A DNA stretch of 64,000 bases from Pirellulales bacterium (GTDB lineage Bacteria > Planctomycetota > Planctomycetia > Pirellulales > PALSA-1355). Each line of letters begins with the position of its first letter. Position 1 is the first letter of the stretch. Both the position numbers and the translations under genes were made by a program. A model generated the notes under the pieces. It did not search any database, was not told where the DNA came from, and worked only from the letters and a program-made list of their open reading frames with translations. The stretch covers positions 1,216,001 to 1,280,000 of the forward strand of contig CAVTBU010000005.1 in the NCBI GenBank assembly GCA_963733035.1, written 5' to 3'. This document shows, one piece after another, positions 41,366 to 50,949 of this stretch.

Positions 41366-41637
41366 CGAGACTCTCCAGGAACCATCGCAACAACGCTCAT
41401 GGACGAGTAAGCGGTCCGCACGGCCTTATCTTAACCCGCCCGAAAGCCCCGGTGAAAGCCCGCCACCCCATTGTCAACAGACGCTCGCCACCAGCTTGCC
41501 GTTACGAATTTTTTTCTGTGCATTTTGCGTTTGTCTGCCAATCGGCTGTCGGGTGGCCGAGGCAGGCAAAAAGTCTTGTGTCTGGCAGGGCTTCTAGCCG
41601 AAACAACCGTAATAACCGGTACGTTTTCCATGAGAAG

Positions 41638-41667
41638 TTGACATTTCTACGCAGCTGGCGGTAGAGT
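41638..41667 (+). promoter_or_regulatory. Putative sigma70 promoter of the DUF1573 gene
   Basis: TTGACA (41638-41643), 18 nt, TAGAGT (41662-41667). Confidence 0.4.
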
Positions 41668-41801
41668 TGGCCCGAGAATTCCCGCCAATTGGCCGCAAAA
41701 AGTCCTGCTTTTTCAGACACCGCGCACGGCCCGTGCTTCGTAGAAGGATAGGTTGCCCCACCGGCCGGGGCCATCCTCGTCGGTTTCGGAGACTAGCATC
41801 C

Positions 41802-42830
41802 GTGACACGCACTGCTTGCATCGCCTTGATCTCGCTATTGCTGGCATCACCAGCACTGGCCCAGGAATGGGCCGTCAAGATGTTCAATACCACAACCCAC
41901 GACTTTGGCACCGTCGCCAAGGGTTCGAAGGCGGAATTTCGCTTTCAGGTCAAGAACATCTATGAGGAGGATGTCCACATCGAGTCCGTACGCTCGAGTT
42001 GCGGCTGCACCACGCCCCAAATCACACGCGCGGACCTCAAGACTTTCGAAACCGGCGAAATCGTCGCCGAGTTCAATACGCGCAACTTCACGGGCCACAA
42101 GTCGGCGACCTTGGAGGTCACGCTCGACAAGCCGTTCCATGCCGTGGTGCAACTGAATATCACCGGTTTCATTCGCAGCGATGTTGTTACGCAGCCCGGC
42201 GCAATCGACTTTGGAACGGTCGATCAAGGGACTGCCGCGGTGCAAAAGCTACACGTGACGTACGCTGGCCGCGACGATTGGAGGATCCTGGATGCCAAGA
42301 CCGCCGACCCCTGGTACGAAGTGGAAATGACGGAAACCGCCCGGGGTAACGGCCGGGTAGCGTACGACCTGCTCGTGCGGATGACGAAGGATGCCCCCGT
42401 GGGCTATGTGAAGGACGAACTGATCCTGGTAACAAGCGACGCCCAGGCGCGCGAATTCCCCGTCGATCTGCAAGGCCGGGTTATGTCGGAAATCACGATC
42501 AGTCCCAGCAAGCTGTTCCTGGGAGTCGTCAACCCCGGGCAGAAGGTCACGAAGAATCTCGTCGTCCGCGGTAAGAAACCGTTCAAGATTACGAGCATCG
42601 AATGCCCCGATTGCTTTAAAATCGAGCCCTCGCAAGACTCGAAAGTCGTGCACCTCATTCCAGTCGTGTTCACCGCCGGCGACGAAGCCGGGCGAGTGGC
42701 GCAGAAGATCAGCATCCATACCGATCAGGGCGACGTGGTGCAGGCGTTCACCGCATTTGCGGAAGTGGTCGAGCCCGACGCCGCGACGCCGACCGGCGCC
42801 TCGGATGCGACTGGAACCGTCCAGCCGTAG
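41802..42830 (+). CDS. DUF1573 domain-containing secreted protein (tandem Ig-like domains)
   Basis: Signal peptide ending ALA-QEW; HDFGTV, VRSSCGCTTP; repeated P..IDFG / P..LFLG units. Confidence 0.82.
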   Translation: MTRTACIALISLLLASPALAQEWAVKMFNTTTHDFGTVAKGSKAEFRFQVKNIYEEDVHIESVRSSCGCTTPQITRADLKTFETGEIVAEFNTRNFTGHKSATLEVTLDKPFHAVVQLNITGFIRSDVVTQPGAIDFGTVDQGTAAVQKLHVTYAGRDDWRILDAKTADPWYEVEMTETARGNGRVAYDLLVRMTKDAPVGYVKDELILVTSDAQAREFPVDLQGRVMSEITISPSKLFLGVVNPGQKVTKNLVVRGKKPFKITSIECPDCFKIEPSQDSKVVHLIPVVFTAGDEAGRVAQKISIHTDQGDVVQAFTAFAEVVEPDAATPTGASDATGTVQP

Positions 42831-42840
42831 GAAGCGTCTC

Positions 42841-43062
42841 TTAAAGCGAACGCTCTGCCACGCTCTGCTTGGCATGCGGTCCGAATGACGCGAGTTCCAC
42901 GAGTTGCCGGTCCGCGGCGGAATTATTGGCCGGACAACTTCCACATTGTCCGCAGGCACCGGACTTCTTTTGGGCTAGCGTTTGCCAGACGAGGCGCACG
43001 ACGTACAGCGCGGCCGCGGCCACAATCACCAGCACGAAGTTATTCTGCCAGTCGAGGTTCAT
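42841..43062 (-). CDS. FeoB-associated Cys-rich small membrane protein
   Basis: 73 aa; TM followed by GACGQCGSCP; directly after feoB. Confidence 0.8.
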   Translation of the reverse strand: MNLDWQNNFVLVIVAAAALYVVRLVWQTLAQKKSGACGQCGSCPANNSAADRQLVELASFGPHAKQSVAERSL

Positions 43063-43089
43063 CTCGATCCTCGCGGTTTTCGGGTACGG

Positions 43090-45360
43090 CTAAAGCGGCG
43101 GTAAACGCATGCCAACCTGATAGGTCAACATGGCCCCAAAGTAGGCTAGCGTTGTCATGTAGGCAAACGTGAACACGGGCCAACGCCAACTGTTCGTTTC
43201 CCGGCGAATAACAACCAGCGTCGCGGCGCACTGCGCACACAGCGCGAAAAAAACCATGATCGAAAGCGCTACCGGAATACTATAGACCGGCTCACCGGTA
43301 TCGTCCCACACGGCCGCCTTCATCCGGGCACCTAGCCGGTCTTGGTCGGACGTTTCACCAACGTCAAGATCGCCTCCCAGATTATAAATCACTCCCAACA
43401 CACCCATCACCACCTCACGGGCGGGAAACGAAGCGATCGCGGCGCAACCGATCCGCCAGTCCCAGCCCAAGGGTCGCACGGCTGGCTCGATGCCTCGTCC
43501 GACGCGCCCCAGAAAACTCTCGCGCTGGTAGACGGCGGCAATCGCGTTTTCGGCATCGCCTAGTTGCGCGGCAACGGCAGCGGCCCGCGGCGCATTCTCG
43601 GGCAGCAATGCCAACTCGGCCGCCAGGGCATCGCGACGCGGAGCGAGCACCTCGTCGACTTCGGCCGCGTTATGCGGGTAATACGAAACAGCCCAGATTA
43701 GTACCGAAACGGCGAGGATCAAGGTGCCCGCGCGATACACGAACGACCATCCGCGCTCGGCCATTCGTAGCAGCACCATTCGTGGAGACGGCCATTTGTA
43801 CGTCGGCAGTTCCATCACAAAGGGGGGAGTTGGCCCGCGTAACATCGTCCGCTTGAGCACGAGGGCCACCACGGCCGCCGTCGCGATGCCCAACACGTAC
43901 ATCGAAAACAGGGTTAAGCCCTGCAGCGGCACAATGCCCGCTAGATTGACGGCCGGGATAAACGCCCCGATCAGGATCGCATACACCGGAAGCCGCGCGC
44001 TACAACTCATGAGTGGAGCAACCAGAATCGTGGTAATCCGGTCGCGGCGGTTTTCGATGACGCGCGTGGCCATGACGCCAGGAACGGCACAGGCGAACGA
44101 CGATAGCAGCGGAATGAATGACTTGCCGCTCAAGCCGACGCGGACCATCAGTTTGTCCATCAGGTAGGCGGCCCGGGCCATGTATCCGCAGTCTTCGAGA
44201 ACGGCGAGAAAGAAGAACAGAAACAGAATTTGTGGCAGGAAGATCAGCACGCTGCCGACTCCGCCAATCACACCGTCGACCAGCAGCGACTGCAACGGGC
44301 CCTGTGACAATTGCGTGGAGACCCACTCGCCCAGCCCGCCGATCCACTGGTCGATTTTGCCCATCAGCGGATCGGCGAAGATGAAGACGGAAGAAAACAC
44401 CAACAGCATCATCGCGGCAAAAACAGCCGTGCCCCAAACGCGATGCGTAAGGATTCGATCGATCCGATCGCCGGCCGTTTCCACACGCTGCCGCGGGCGA
44501 GTGATCACCCCGGCGAGCACGCCGGCAACCCACGAATAGCGAGACTGGGCCTCGACGGCTGGAATGGGATAGCCGGCGGCGGCCAATCTTTTGCGAGCGG
44601 CCTGCAAATCAGCAACCGCGCCATTACCCTGCGCGTGTCGTCCCAGCGTGCCTTGCAAATAGCCGCTCGTATCGAGCAGCAATCGTTCGGCCAGGTAACG
44701 AGGCAGCGGTTCGCCGCCGTTCCGAGCCGCATCGGCGCCGCTGGAGGCGTTCTTTGCGTGGCTCGCCCAGGCCTGCTGCAGCCGGGCCGTCTCCTGCTGA
44801 AACTCCAACGGAAACGGGCTCAGGCGCGCCGCGGGTTGTTCAGCCGATAGCGCACCGGCCAATGCCGCCTTAAGTTCCGATAGCCCAACACGCCGATTCG
44901 CTTGAACCTCGACGACAGGCACACCCAATTGACTACGGAGCTTTTCAACGTCGATCGATAAGCCCTTCGAGCGTGCAATATCACCCATGTTGAGCGCAAC
45001 CACCACTGGCAAGCCAAGTTCAAGCACTTGACTGACGAGATACAGATTGCGCTCCAGATTGCTGGCGTCAACGATCGACAACACCGCGTCGACTTGCTGG
45101 ATGTCGTCGCGGCGGTGAAGCAACACGTCGACCGCGACCATTTCATCCGGCGAACGGGGAGCCAGGCTGTAGGTTCCCGGCAGGTCGACAAGCTGAAGCT
45201 GTTTGCCGTCGAGCAGCATGCTCCCCAACTTCTTCTCGACGGTTACCCCCGGATAGTTCCCCACCTGTTGTCGCACGCCCGCAAGCGCCGTGAACAACGT
45301 CGACTTGCCAGTGTTCGGATTGCCGATCAGGGCGACGGTGAACTTGGACCGCTCGGTCAT
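43090..45360 (-). CDS. feoB: Ferrous iron transport protein B
   Basis: GNPNTGKS, VGNYPGVTVE, DLPGTYSL, GYMARAA, MSCSARLP, FVMELP, AREV. Confidence 0.97.
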   Translation of the reverse strand: MTERSKFTVALIGNPNTGKSTLFTALAGVRQQVGNYPGVTVEKKLGSMLLDGKQLQLVDLPGTYSLAPRSPDEMVAVDVLLHRRDDIQQVDAVLSIVDASNLERNLYLVSQVLELGLPVVVALNMGDIARSKGLSIDVEKLRSQLGVPVVEVQANRRVGLSELKAALAGALSAEQPAARLSPFPLEFQQETARLQQAWASHAKNASSGADAARNGGEPLPRYLAERLLLDTSGYLQGTLGRHAQGNGAVADLQAARKRLAAAGYPIPAVEAQSRYSWVAGVLAGVITRPRQRVETAGDRIDRILTHRVWGTAVFAAMMLLVFSSVFIFADPLMGKIDQWIGGLGEWVSTQLSQGPLQSLLVDGVIGGVGSVLIFLPQILFLFFFLAVLEDCGYMARAAYLMDKLMVRVGLSGKSFIPLLSSFACAVPGVMATRVIENRRDRITTILVAPLMSCSARLPVYAILIGAFIPAVNLAGIVPLQGLTLFSMYVLGIATAAVVALVLKRTMLRGPTPPFVMELPTYKWPSPRMVLLRMAERGWSFVYRAGTLILAVSVLIWAVSYYPHNAAEVDEVLAPRRDALAAELALLPENAPRAAAVAAQLGDAENAIAAVYQRESFLGRVGRGIEPAVRPLGWDWRIGCAAIASFPAREVVMGVLGVIYNLGGDLDVGETSDQDRLGARMKAAVWDDTGEPVYSIPVALSIMVFFALCAQCAATLVVIRRETNSWRWPVFTFAYMTTLAYFGAMLTYQVGMRLPPL

Positions 45361-45426
45361 GGTGGCAAGGTTGGAACAAAGTTTGGCGGCGTGGAGTGGG
45401 GTCCGATGGTCCACGGGGTAGTCGGC

Positions 45427-45654
45427 CTAGAGCGGTTCGACACGAACCCGGCTCGCTTCGCTACGGCGCACGCTGAGGCGATAGCCCCGCAACTCCAACT
45501 CGAGCGGATCGCCAAGCGGCGCGGTTCCGACGATCGTGACTTCGACACCTGGCGTGAGCCCCATTTCCAGCAGACGCATGCTGAGATCGTCGTCGCCATC
45601 AATCGCGCTAACGCGAATGCAGGCACCGACCGGCATTTCCGCCAGCAGGCTCAA
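45427..45654 (-). CDS. feoA: Ferrous iron transport protein A
   Basis: RLLEMGLTPG..APLGDP..LRGYRLSVRRSEA; TTG start overlaps the upstream stop (TTGA). Confidence 0.9.
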   Translation of the reverse strand: MSLLAEMPVGACIRVSAIDGDDDLSMRLLEMGLTPGVEVTIVGTAPLGDPLELELRGYRLSVRRSEASRVRVEPL

Positions 45655-45896
45655 CTCGCGTCTCCCCGCCGCACCAGCACGCTCAACAAATCGTCCGCGC
45701 GAAAACACAGCTTGTGTCCCGCCAGCCGCACGATGCAAGGACTGCCGCTTTGCACCATTTCGATCGACGCGCCGCCACGCAGGCCTAACTCTTCCAAACG
45801 GTGCACCTGATCGGGCTGGCCCACAATCTGATCGACTTCGGCCAACTGGCCGCTCGGCAACAAACTCAAGGGGATCAACTCTTGAACGTACGACAT
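45651..45896 (-). CDS. feoA: FeoA family protein (second copy)
   Basis: LIPLSLL..G, HRLEELGLRGG..IEMVQSGSPCIV. Confidence 0.85.
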   Translation of the reverse strand: MSYVQELIPLSLLPSGQLAEVDQIVGQPDQVHRLEELGLRGGASIEMVQSGSPCIVRLAGHKLCFRADDLLSVLVRRGDAS

Positions 45897-45907
45897 GGCA
45901 CCGGCTT

Positions 45908-45926
45908 TTTATTGAGACTCATTATC
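45908..45926 (-). promoter_or_regulatory. Fur-box-like operator upstream of feo operon
   Basis: Minus strand GATAATGAGTCTCAATAAA, 13/19 match to GATAATGATAATCATTATC, in an AT-rich patch 11 nt upstream of the feoA start. Confidence 0.7.
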
Positions 45927-46010
45927 AGCAATAGAATTCTAGGCAATCCGGGCCGGGCTTGCAATTGGCTGGATCCGGCCGGTCACAGAATTCCGCGCCG
46001 CCGTGCCTCG

Positions 46011-47600
46011 CTAGTGGGGATCGACCGGTGTCTGGGGGAAATCGTCCGTCTTGGCAAAATGCGACTCAAGTGCTTGCATGACGGCCAACGCCACATCCTC
46101 CCGCCAGGGTCGAGCCGCCACCTGTACCCCAATGGGCAGGCCGAAACTGCTGGCATCCACTTCGCCGGCCGCGCGCAATACCACATCGCGGCTCGGAATC
46201 CGGCCCGCCTGCTCGTTGGCCAAGACGCGGGTCACCGGAACCACACCGGCCGGCACTCCCAACACATTCGCCCAGTACAAATAGCTGCCGGCCAGGGCAA
46301 GGTGTGCCGTATCGCCGTGGCGCAGAGCCGGCAAGGCGTGCGGAGGACACAACAGGGCGTCCAAACGTGCCGCACTCCAGGCAGCAAAAAACCGCTCGGC
46401 ATACGCGGCACGCGCGAGCGAAAGCTGCCAGTAGCCATCTGCCGAACGGCGCCCAACCATCCGCAACAGCGCTGCCGTGCGTCGCTGGCCGACGAGCGAA
46501 GCGCCACCTGCCAGCAGCCACCGCAACAGGCGCGGCGATCTAGCCAGCAACAGTAGACGTTTTACACGCCAATCGCGCGGTCCGGAACCAATCAGCCGGG
46601 CCGCGTCGGCCCCGCCATCGGCGCTGAGCAGCCCAAAGTACAATCGCACGGCTTCGTGCATGTCGGGCGGCTGAAAACTTTGCACGTGCGCGCCGAGTTG
46701 TCGCAATGCTGCGGCAGCCTCCTCCACCCCTCGCACCACCGCCGGCGACGGTGAGAAGCAGCCATCATCCGTCCAAACTCCGATCCGCAGCTGCGACACA
46801 TCCACGTCGGCAGGATTACCCAGTGGAACGGGCGCGATCTGCGAATCGATCTCATTTTCGTTGAGGGTCGTCAGGACCTTCAGCGCGACGTACAAGTCCT
46901 CGACATGCCTTGCAATCGGACCGGGTTGGGGCCGGATGGACTCCATGCCGCGCAGGTTGTCGCGCGTGCCGGCGTTGGTCAGCCGGAGCGTCGTCGGTTT
47001 GATGCCGGTAACTCCACAGCAATGGGCCGGAAAGCGGATGCTGCCGCCAATGTCGTTCGCCAGGCCTAGCGGCGAGCCACCGGCCGCGATTATCGCGGCC
47101 TCTCCACCACTCGATCCGCCCGGCACGCGGTCGACGTTCCAGGGATTGTTCGTGCGGCCGAAGAGGGGATTATCGCACTCGTGCATCAGCATCAATTGGG
47201 GCAGATTCGTCTTGCCCAGCACGATCGCCCCGGCGCTATGCAAGCGCTCGACGAGCGGACTGTCGCGGGTCATGATTTCGCCGGCGAATCGCTGAATGCC
47301 TTCCGTGGCGGCCGTGCCTGCCAGATGAAAACACTCCTTGATGGTGATCGGCACGCCGTGCAAAGGGCCGAGCGGCTGGCCGCTACGTACGGCCTCGTCG
47401 GCGGCCAGGGCTTCCTGTCGGGCCTGGTCAAAGCGGGGCACGACAACGGCATTCAGCCGCGAATTGACCTTCTCGATACGAAGAATGTGCGCATCGACGA
47501 GTTCGACGCTCGATAGTTGACCGGATGCGATTTGCCGCGCCATCTCGCTGGCCGAATTCCGGAGCAAATCTGCGACCGTCTGCGAAGCACCCTGTTTCAT
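46011..47600 (-). CDS. Amidase signature family enzyme (FAAH-like)
   Basis: GPLHGVPITIKE, GKTN, PGGSSGGEAA, DIGGSIRFPAHCCG. Confidence 0.93.
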   Translation of the reverse strand: MKQGASQTVADLLRNSASEMARQIASGQLSSVELVDAHILRIEKVNSRLNAVVVPRFDQARQEALAADEAVRSGQPLGPLHGVPITIKECFHLAGTAATEGIQRFAGEIMTRDSPLVERLHSAGAIVLGKTNLPQLMLMHECDNPLFGRTNNPWNVDRVPGGSSGGEAAIIAAGGSPLGLANDIGGSIRFPAHCCGVTGIKPTTLRLTNAGTRDNLRGMESIRPQPGPIARHVEDLYVALKVLTTLNENEIDSQIAPVPLGNPADVDVSQLRIGVWTDDGCFSPSPAVVRGVEEAAAALRQLGAHVQSFQPPDMHEAVRLYFGLLSADGGADAARLIGSGPRDWRVKRLLLLARSPRLLRWLLAGGASLVGQRRTAALLRMVGRRSADGYWQLSLARAAYAERFFAAWSAARLDALLCPPHALPALRHGDTAHLALAGSYLYWANVLGVPAGVVPVTRVLANEQAGRIPSRDVVLRAAGEVDASSFGLPIGVQVAARPWREDVALAVMQALESHFAKTDDFPQTPVDPH

Positions 47601-47888
47601 GGCGTTGCCTTCTACGGGGGCGACTTGTGCGTTTCAGGCGGTGGGCGTCCAGCCGCTGCCAATAAGTTTACCCGAAAGCACGTTGCCAGTGGGCACTGCG
47701 CGAGGCGCGCGGAAATGGTTCCACAGCGCTGCGAGGTCGGAGTTCGCTCGCCATCGGACAATCAAATCGGTTTCCAGCAACCGTGGTGGCCGAAAGCGCG
47801 CTACTCATCAGCGGTGCCGTCGCTTCCCTTGCGATCGGCACTCTCACATATTTCGGCCCAGCTACGTGAGCCATCCGCCGGGCCAGAC

Positions 47889-50759
47889 TTAGTTGCCCGC
47901 CGGCGCCACCTTCATCGTCATGCCGCTCCACACGACTGTCGGATCCGAACCCTCGTAGCCGGAAATCTGCTGCTCGGGATCGTCCACGATGGTTCCCAGG
48001 GCAAGAACCGTGTCGCCGGCGGCCACGGCCGGTTGCTCGGCCGTGACGATCGTCATTAATGGAGCCTCCGGATTACTGCCCAGGCGCGTCTTCGTGTAGA
48101 ACAACTTGCCGACTTGCTCGGCGCTTTCAACCGTACCGGAGACGACGACGCCGTTCGTGGTTCGCTTGGGGAATCCGATCCAACGAGCACCGAACACTTT
48201 CAGCGCTTCCAGCCGTTTGGGATCGGCAGCTAGCTGTTGCTTGAGAGTCGGAGCGAGAGCCTGAAGCTGCGGATCGAGCTGCGCCGCTCCTTCGCCCAAT
48301 TGGGCCGACGTGATGACGCCGGCCATGCCAAATAAATTGACGTAGAACGCCGCCCGGGCTTTCCGCAGTTGGGCCTCGTCGCCGGTGGCTTCGGCCGCCA
48401 TGAGCTGCTGACCCGCGGCGAGCGTCGTCTGCATCGCGTCGGTCACGTCGGCGGGGGAAGCGGGCTGCACGTTTCGCGGGCCGAGCGTTTCGGCCGGCGC
48501 GGTGGGCTCGGGCAAGGGTTCACCAGCAGCCGGTTCGGCCGGAGCAGGCGCGAAGAGTTCGTCGGCGGCCGGCGTCGTGGCCTCGGGTTGCGCAGGAGTC
48601 GTTTCCGGTTTGGCCGGTTCCGGGGCAAACAGATCGTCGGCCGCCGGCTTGTCGGCAGGCATTTCGGCCGGGGCTGGGGCAAACGGATCAGGCTCGGCCG
48701 GCGTTGCCGTGGGCGCATCGGCCGGTTTGTCTTCCGGCGCCGGTGCGAACGGATCTGGCTCGGCCGGCACATCCGCCGGAGTTTCAGGAGCAGGCGCAAA
48801 CGGATCCTTTTCCGCAGGCTTCTCGGCTGGTGCCGGCGCAAAGGGGTCTTCTTCCGTCGGTTTCTCAGCTGGCGCCGGTGCAAAAGGATCCGCGGCTGCC
48901 GGCGTTTCGGCAGGCGTGTCTCCCGCGGCGGGTGCGAACGGATCGGTGCCCGCCGGCATTTCCTCCGCTGGCTTCTCGTCGGCCGCGGGAGCAAACGGGT
49001 CCTCTTCGGCAGGTGCTGGCTGCGCTTTCGCATCCGGCGCGAACAGGTCATCTTCGGCGGCCGCCGGTTTCGCTTCGGGTGCCGGTCCAAACGGATCGGC
49101 TGCAGCTGGCGTCTCGGCAGGCTTCTCGGCTGGCGCCGGTGCAAACGGGTCTGTATCCGCCGCCGCTTCGGCGGGAGCGGCGGCGGGAGTGTCAGCCGAT
49201 GGAGCGAACAAGTCGTCGCTCGGCTCAGCAGGCATTTCCTCTGCCGGTTTCGCGTCGGCCGACGGAGCAAACGGATCAGCTGCCTCAGGTTCGGCAAGGT
49301 CCTCGGCTGGCGCCTCGGCGGTCGGCGGCGTCAAACTCGGAGCCACGTCGGCGGGCTCCTCGCTCGGCATTTCTTCGGGCGCGGGCTCGGCCGCATCGCT
49401 GACAGGACGCTCGGCAACGTGCTCGGTTGCGGCGTCTGCGGTCGGCTCCTCAGCAGCAGGCTCCTCAGAGGGCGTTTGGGGAACCGTCGCAGCCGGCGCG
49501 GGCACCGGCGGAGTGTATTGTGCCAGTTGGGTCGGCTGCTTGCTGAACTCCGCAGGCAGCATGGCGCTGGGCAAAAAGTTGCCCAGGCCGAGGAAGTCGT
49601 AGTCCTTGGAAATCCACAGCGCGCCGTACAGCGCGATTGGAATTGCAATCACCGCGGGCAACGCGACGCTCACGAGCGATCCGACCAGCGAACGCTTCGG
49701 CTTGTCGCCGTCCGCCAGGGCAACTCTCGCTTTCTTTTCCTTCTTCTTCTTTTCCTTCTTTTTGCCGTTCTTGCCGGTCGCTTCCTCTTCACCATCGTCG
49801 GCAACGGGGCCAGCGACAGGTACTGCGGACATGTCGAGCGGCAAATCGTCCACGTCGCCGGAGGCATCCACACGGATGTCCTCGAACTCACGCAGCTCGC
49901 CCTCTTCGCCGGCGGCGTCAGCCTCAGGAGCGTCGAAGTTGAATTCAACCTCGTCGCCTTCAGTCGCCATGGACTCGAACTGAACGGTTTCGGCCTGATC
50001 GTCAACCGGTTCGCCAAAGTCCAGGTTGGCCACGTCGCCCTCGCTGGAGTCGTCCAACGCTTCCTCACCAATCGGGGCACCAAAGTCGAGCGTCATGTCG
50101 CCACCCGATGCTTCAGCCCCTTCGAGATCAAACTTGACTTCCTCCTCAGGCGAGTCATCGAATGAGTCGCTCATCTCAGAGCCGAACTCGAGCGTCTCGG
50201 CATTTGTTGGCTCAACTTGCTCTTTTTCTTCCGCAAGCGAGCTGTTGCCGAAGTCGAGTGCCAACTCGGCCTCGTCTCCCAAGTCGAGTGCCTCTTCGGC
50301 TTCGGCAGGGGCCTCGGGAGCAGCGAAGTCGAGCAGTGCGTCGTCCGCTTCGCCGGTCGACTCTGGAGGTTGTTCCACAGGCGACTCGATCGTCGAGGCG
50401 GAAACATCGTCGACGACCGTTTCGGCTCCCGCCTCTTGTCCGTTGTCAGAATCGAATTCGAGGCCGTCCATTTCGAGGCTGCCGAGTTCAAGGGTATCGG
50501 CTTCGCTCGTCTCATCATCGTCAAGTCCAGCAGTCGCAATTGGCTGGCCTACTTCATCTGCAGGGGATGCGTCAAACAACTCCGCTGGCAAGGCTTCGTC
50601 CGCGTCGTCGACGACCTCCAATAATGGCGGCATATTCACGAGCGCATCGGCCAACGTGTAGTGAGCATGACAAAGCGGGCAGCGCACCGTGGTCTCGTTG
50701 CGAACCCCAACGGGCAGCGTGACCTGGGCGGAACATCGCGGGCAAGAAGTGGTCGACAT
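47889..50759 (-). CDS. Large acidic single-pass membrane protein with N-terminal zinc ribbon and DPFAP repeats
   Basis: GGAGG RBS; CPRC-x17-CPLC; acidic region; poly-Lys; TM; Pro/Ala-rich repeats; globular C-terminal domain. Confidence 0.8.
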   Translation of the reverse strand: MSTTSCPRCSAQVTLPVGVRNETTVRCPLCHAHYTLADALVNMPPLLEVVDDADEALPAELFDASPADEVGQPIATAGLDDDETSEADTLELGSLEMDGLEFDSDNGQEAGAETVVDDVSASTIESPVEQPPESTGEADDALLDFAAPEAPAEAEEALDLGDEAELALDFGNSSLAEEKEQVEPTNAETLEFGSEMSDSFDDSPEEEVKFDLEGAEASGGDMTLDFGAPIGEEALDDSSEGDVANLDFGEPVDDQAETVQFESMATEGDEVEFNFDAPEADAAGEEGELREFEDIRVDASGDVDDLPLDMSAVPVAGPVADDGEEEATGKNGKKKEKKKKEKKARVALADGDKPKRSLVGSLVSVALPAVIAIPIALYGALWISKDYDFLGLGNFLPSAMLPAEFSKQPTQLAQYTPPVPAPAATVPQTPSEEPAAEEPTADAATEHVAERPVSDAAEPAPEEMPSEEPADVAPSLTPPTAEAPAEDLAEPEAADPFAPSADAKPAEEMPAEPSDDLFAPSADTPAAAPAEAAADTDPFAPAPAEKPAETPAAADPFGPAPEAKPAAAEDDLFAPDAKAQPAPAEEDPFAPAADEKPAEEMPAGTDPFAPAAGDTPAETPAAADPFAPAPAEKPTEEDPFAPAPAEKPAEKDPFAPAPETPADVPAEPDPFAPAPEDKPADAPTATPAEPDPFAPAPAEMPADKPAADDLFAPEPAKPETTPAQPEATTPAADELFAPAPAEPAAGEPLPEPTAPAETLGPRNVQPASPADVTDAMQTTLAAGQQLMAAEATGDEAQLRKARAAFYVNLFGMAGVITSAQLGEGAAQLDPQLQALAPTLKQQLAADPKRLEALKVFGARWIGFPKRTTNGVVVSGTVESAEQVGKLFYTKTRLGSNPEAPLMTIVTAEQPAVAAGDTVLALGTIVDDPEQQISGYEGSDPTVVWSGMTMKVAPAGN
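48540..49285 (-). repeat. Degenerate coding repeat, D(P/L)FAP(A/S) x14
   Basis: 10 DPF, 3 DLF and 1 ELF units spaced roughly 12-26 aa; recurring GCAAACGGATC/GCGAACGGATC on the plus strand. Confidence 0.85.
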
Positions 50760-50949
50760 AGTCCCTCCGGAATGTAAGGATCATGTCAAGTTTAGCACCG
50801 CATTCCCGGCGTTGTCCATGATTTGGAGGAGCCATAAATACCAGGCCGCGCAGTTTGCGGTCAGCCGGGACGCGACCGCCAACCGGACGGCGAATTCCGG
50901 TGAAATCCACCCCGAAAGCGCCTTTACCGACCTCGCAAAAGTGCCAACC

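Noticed and set aside
48540..49285. CRISPR-like array from recurring GCAAACGGATC units
   Set aside because: Units are short, degenerate at third codon positions, irregularly spaced and in frame within a protein; no cas genes are present.
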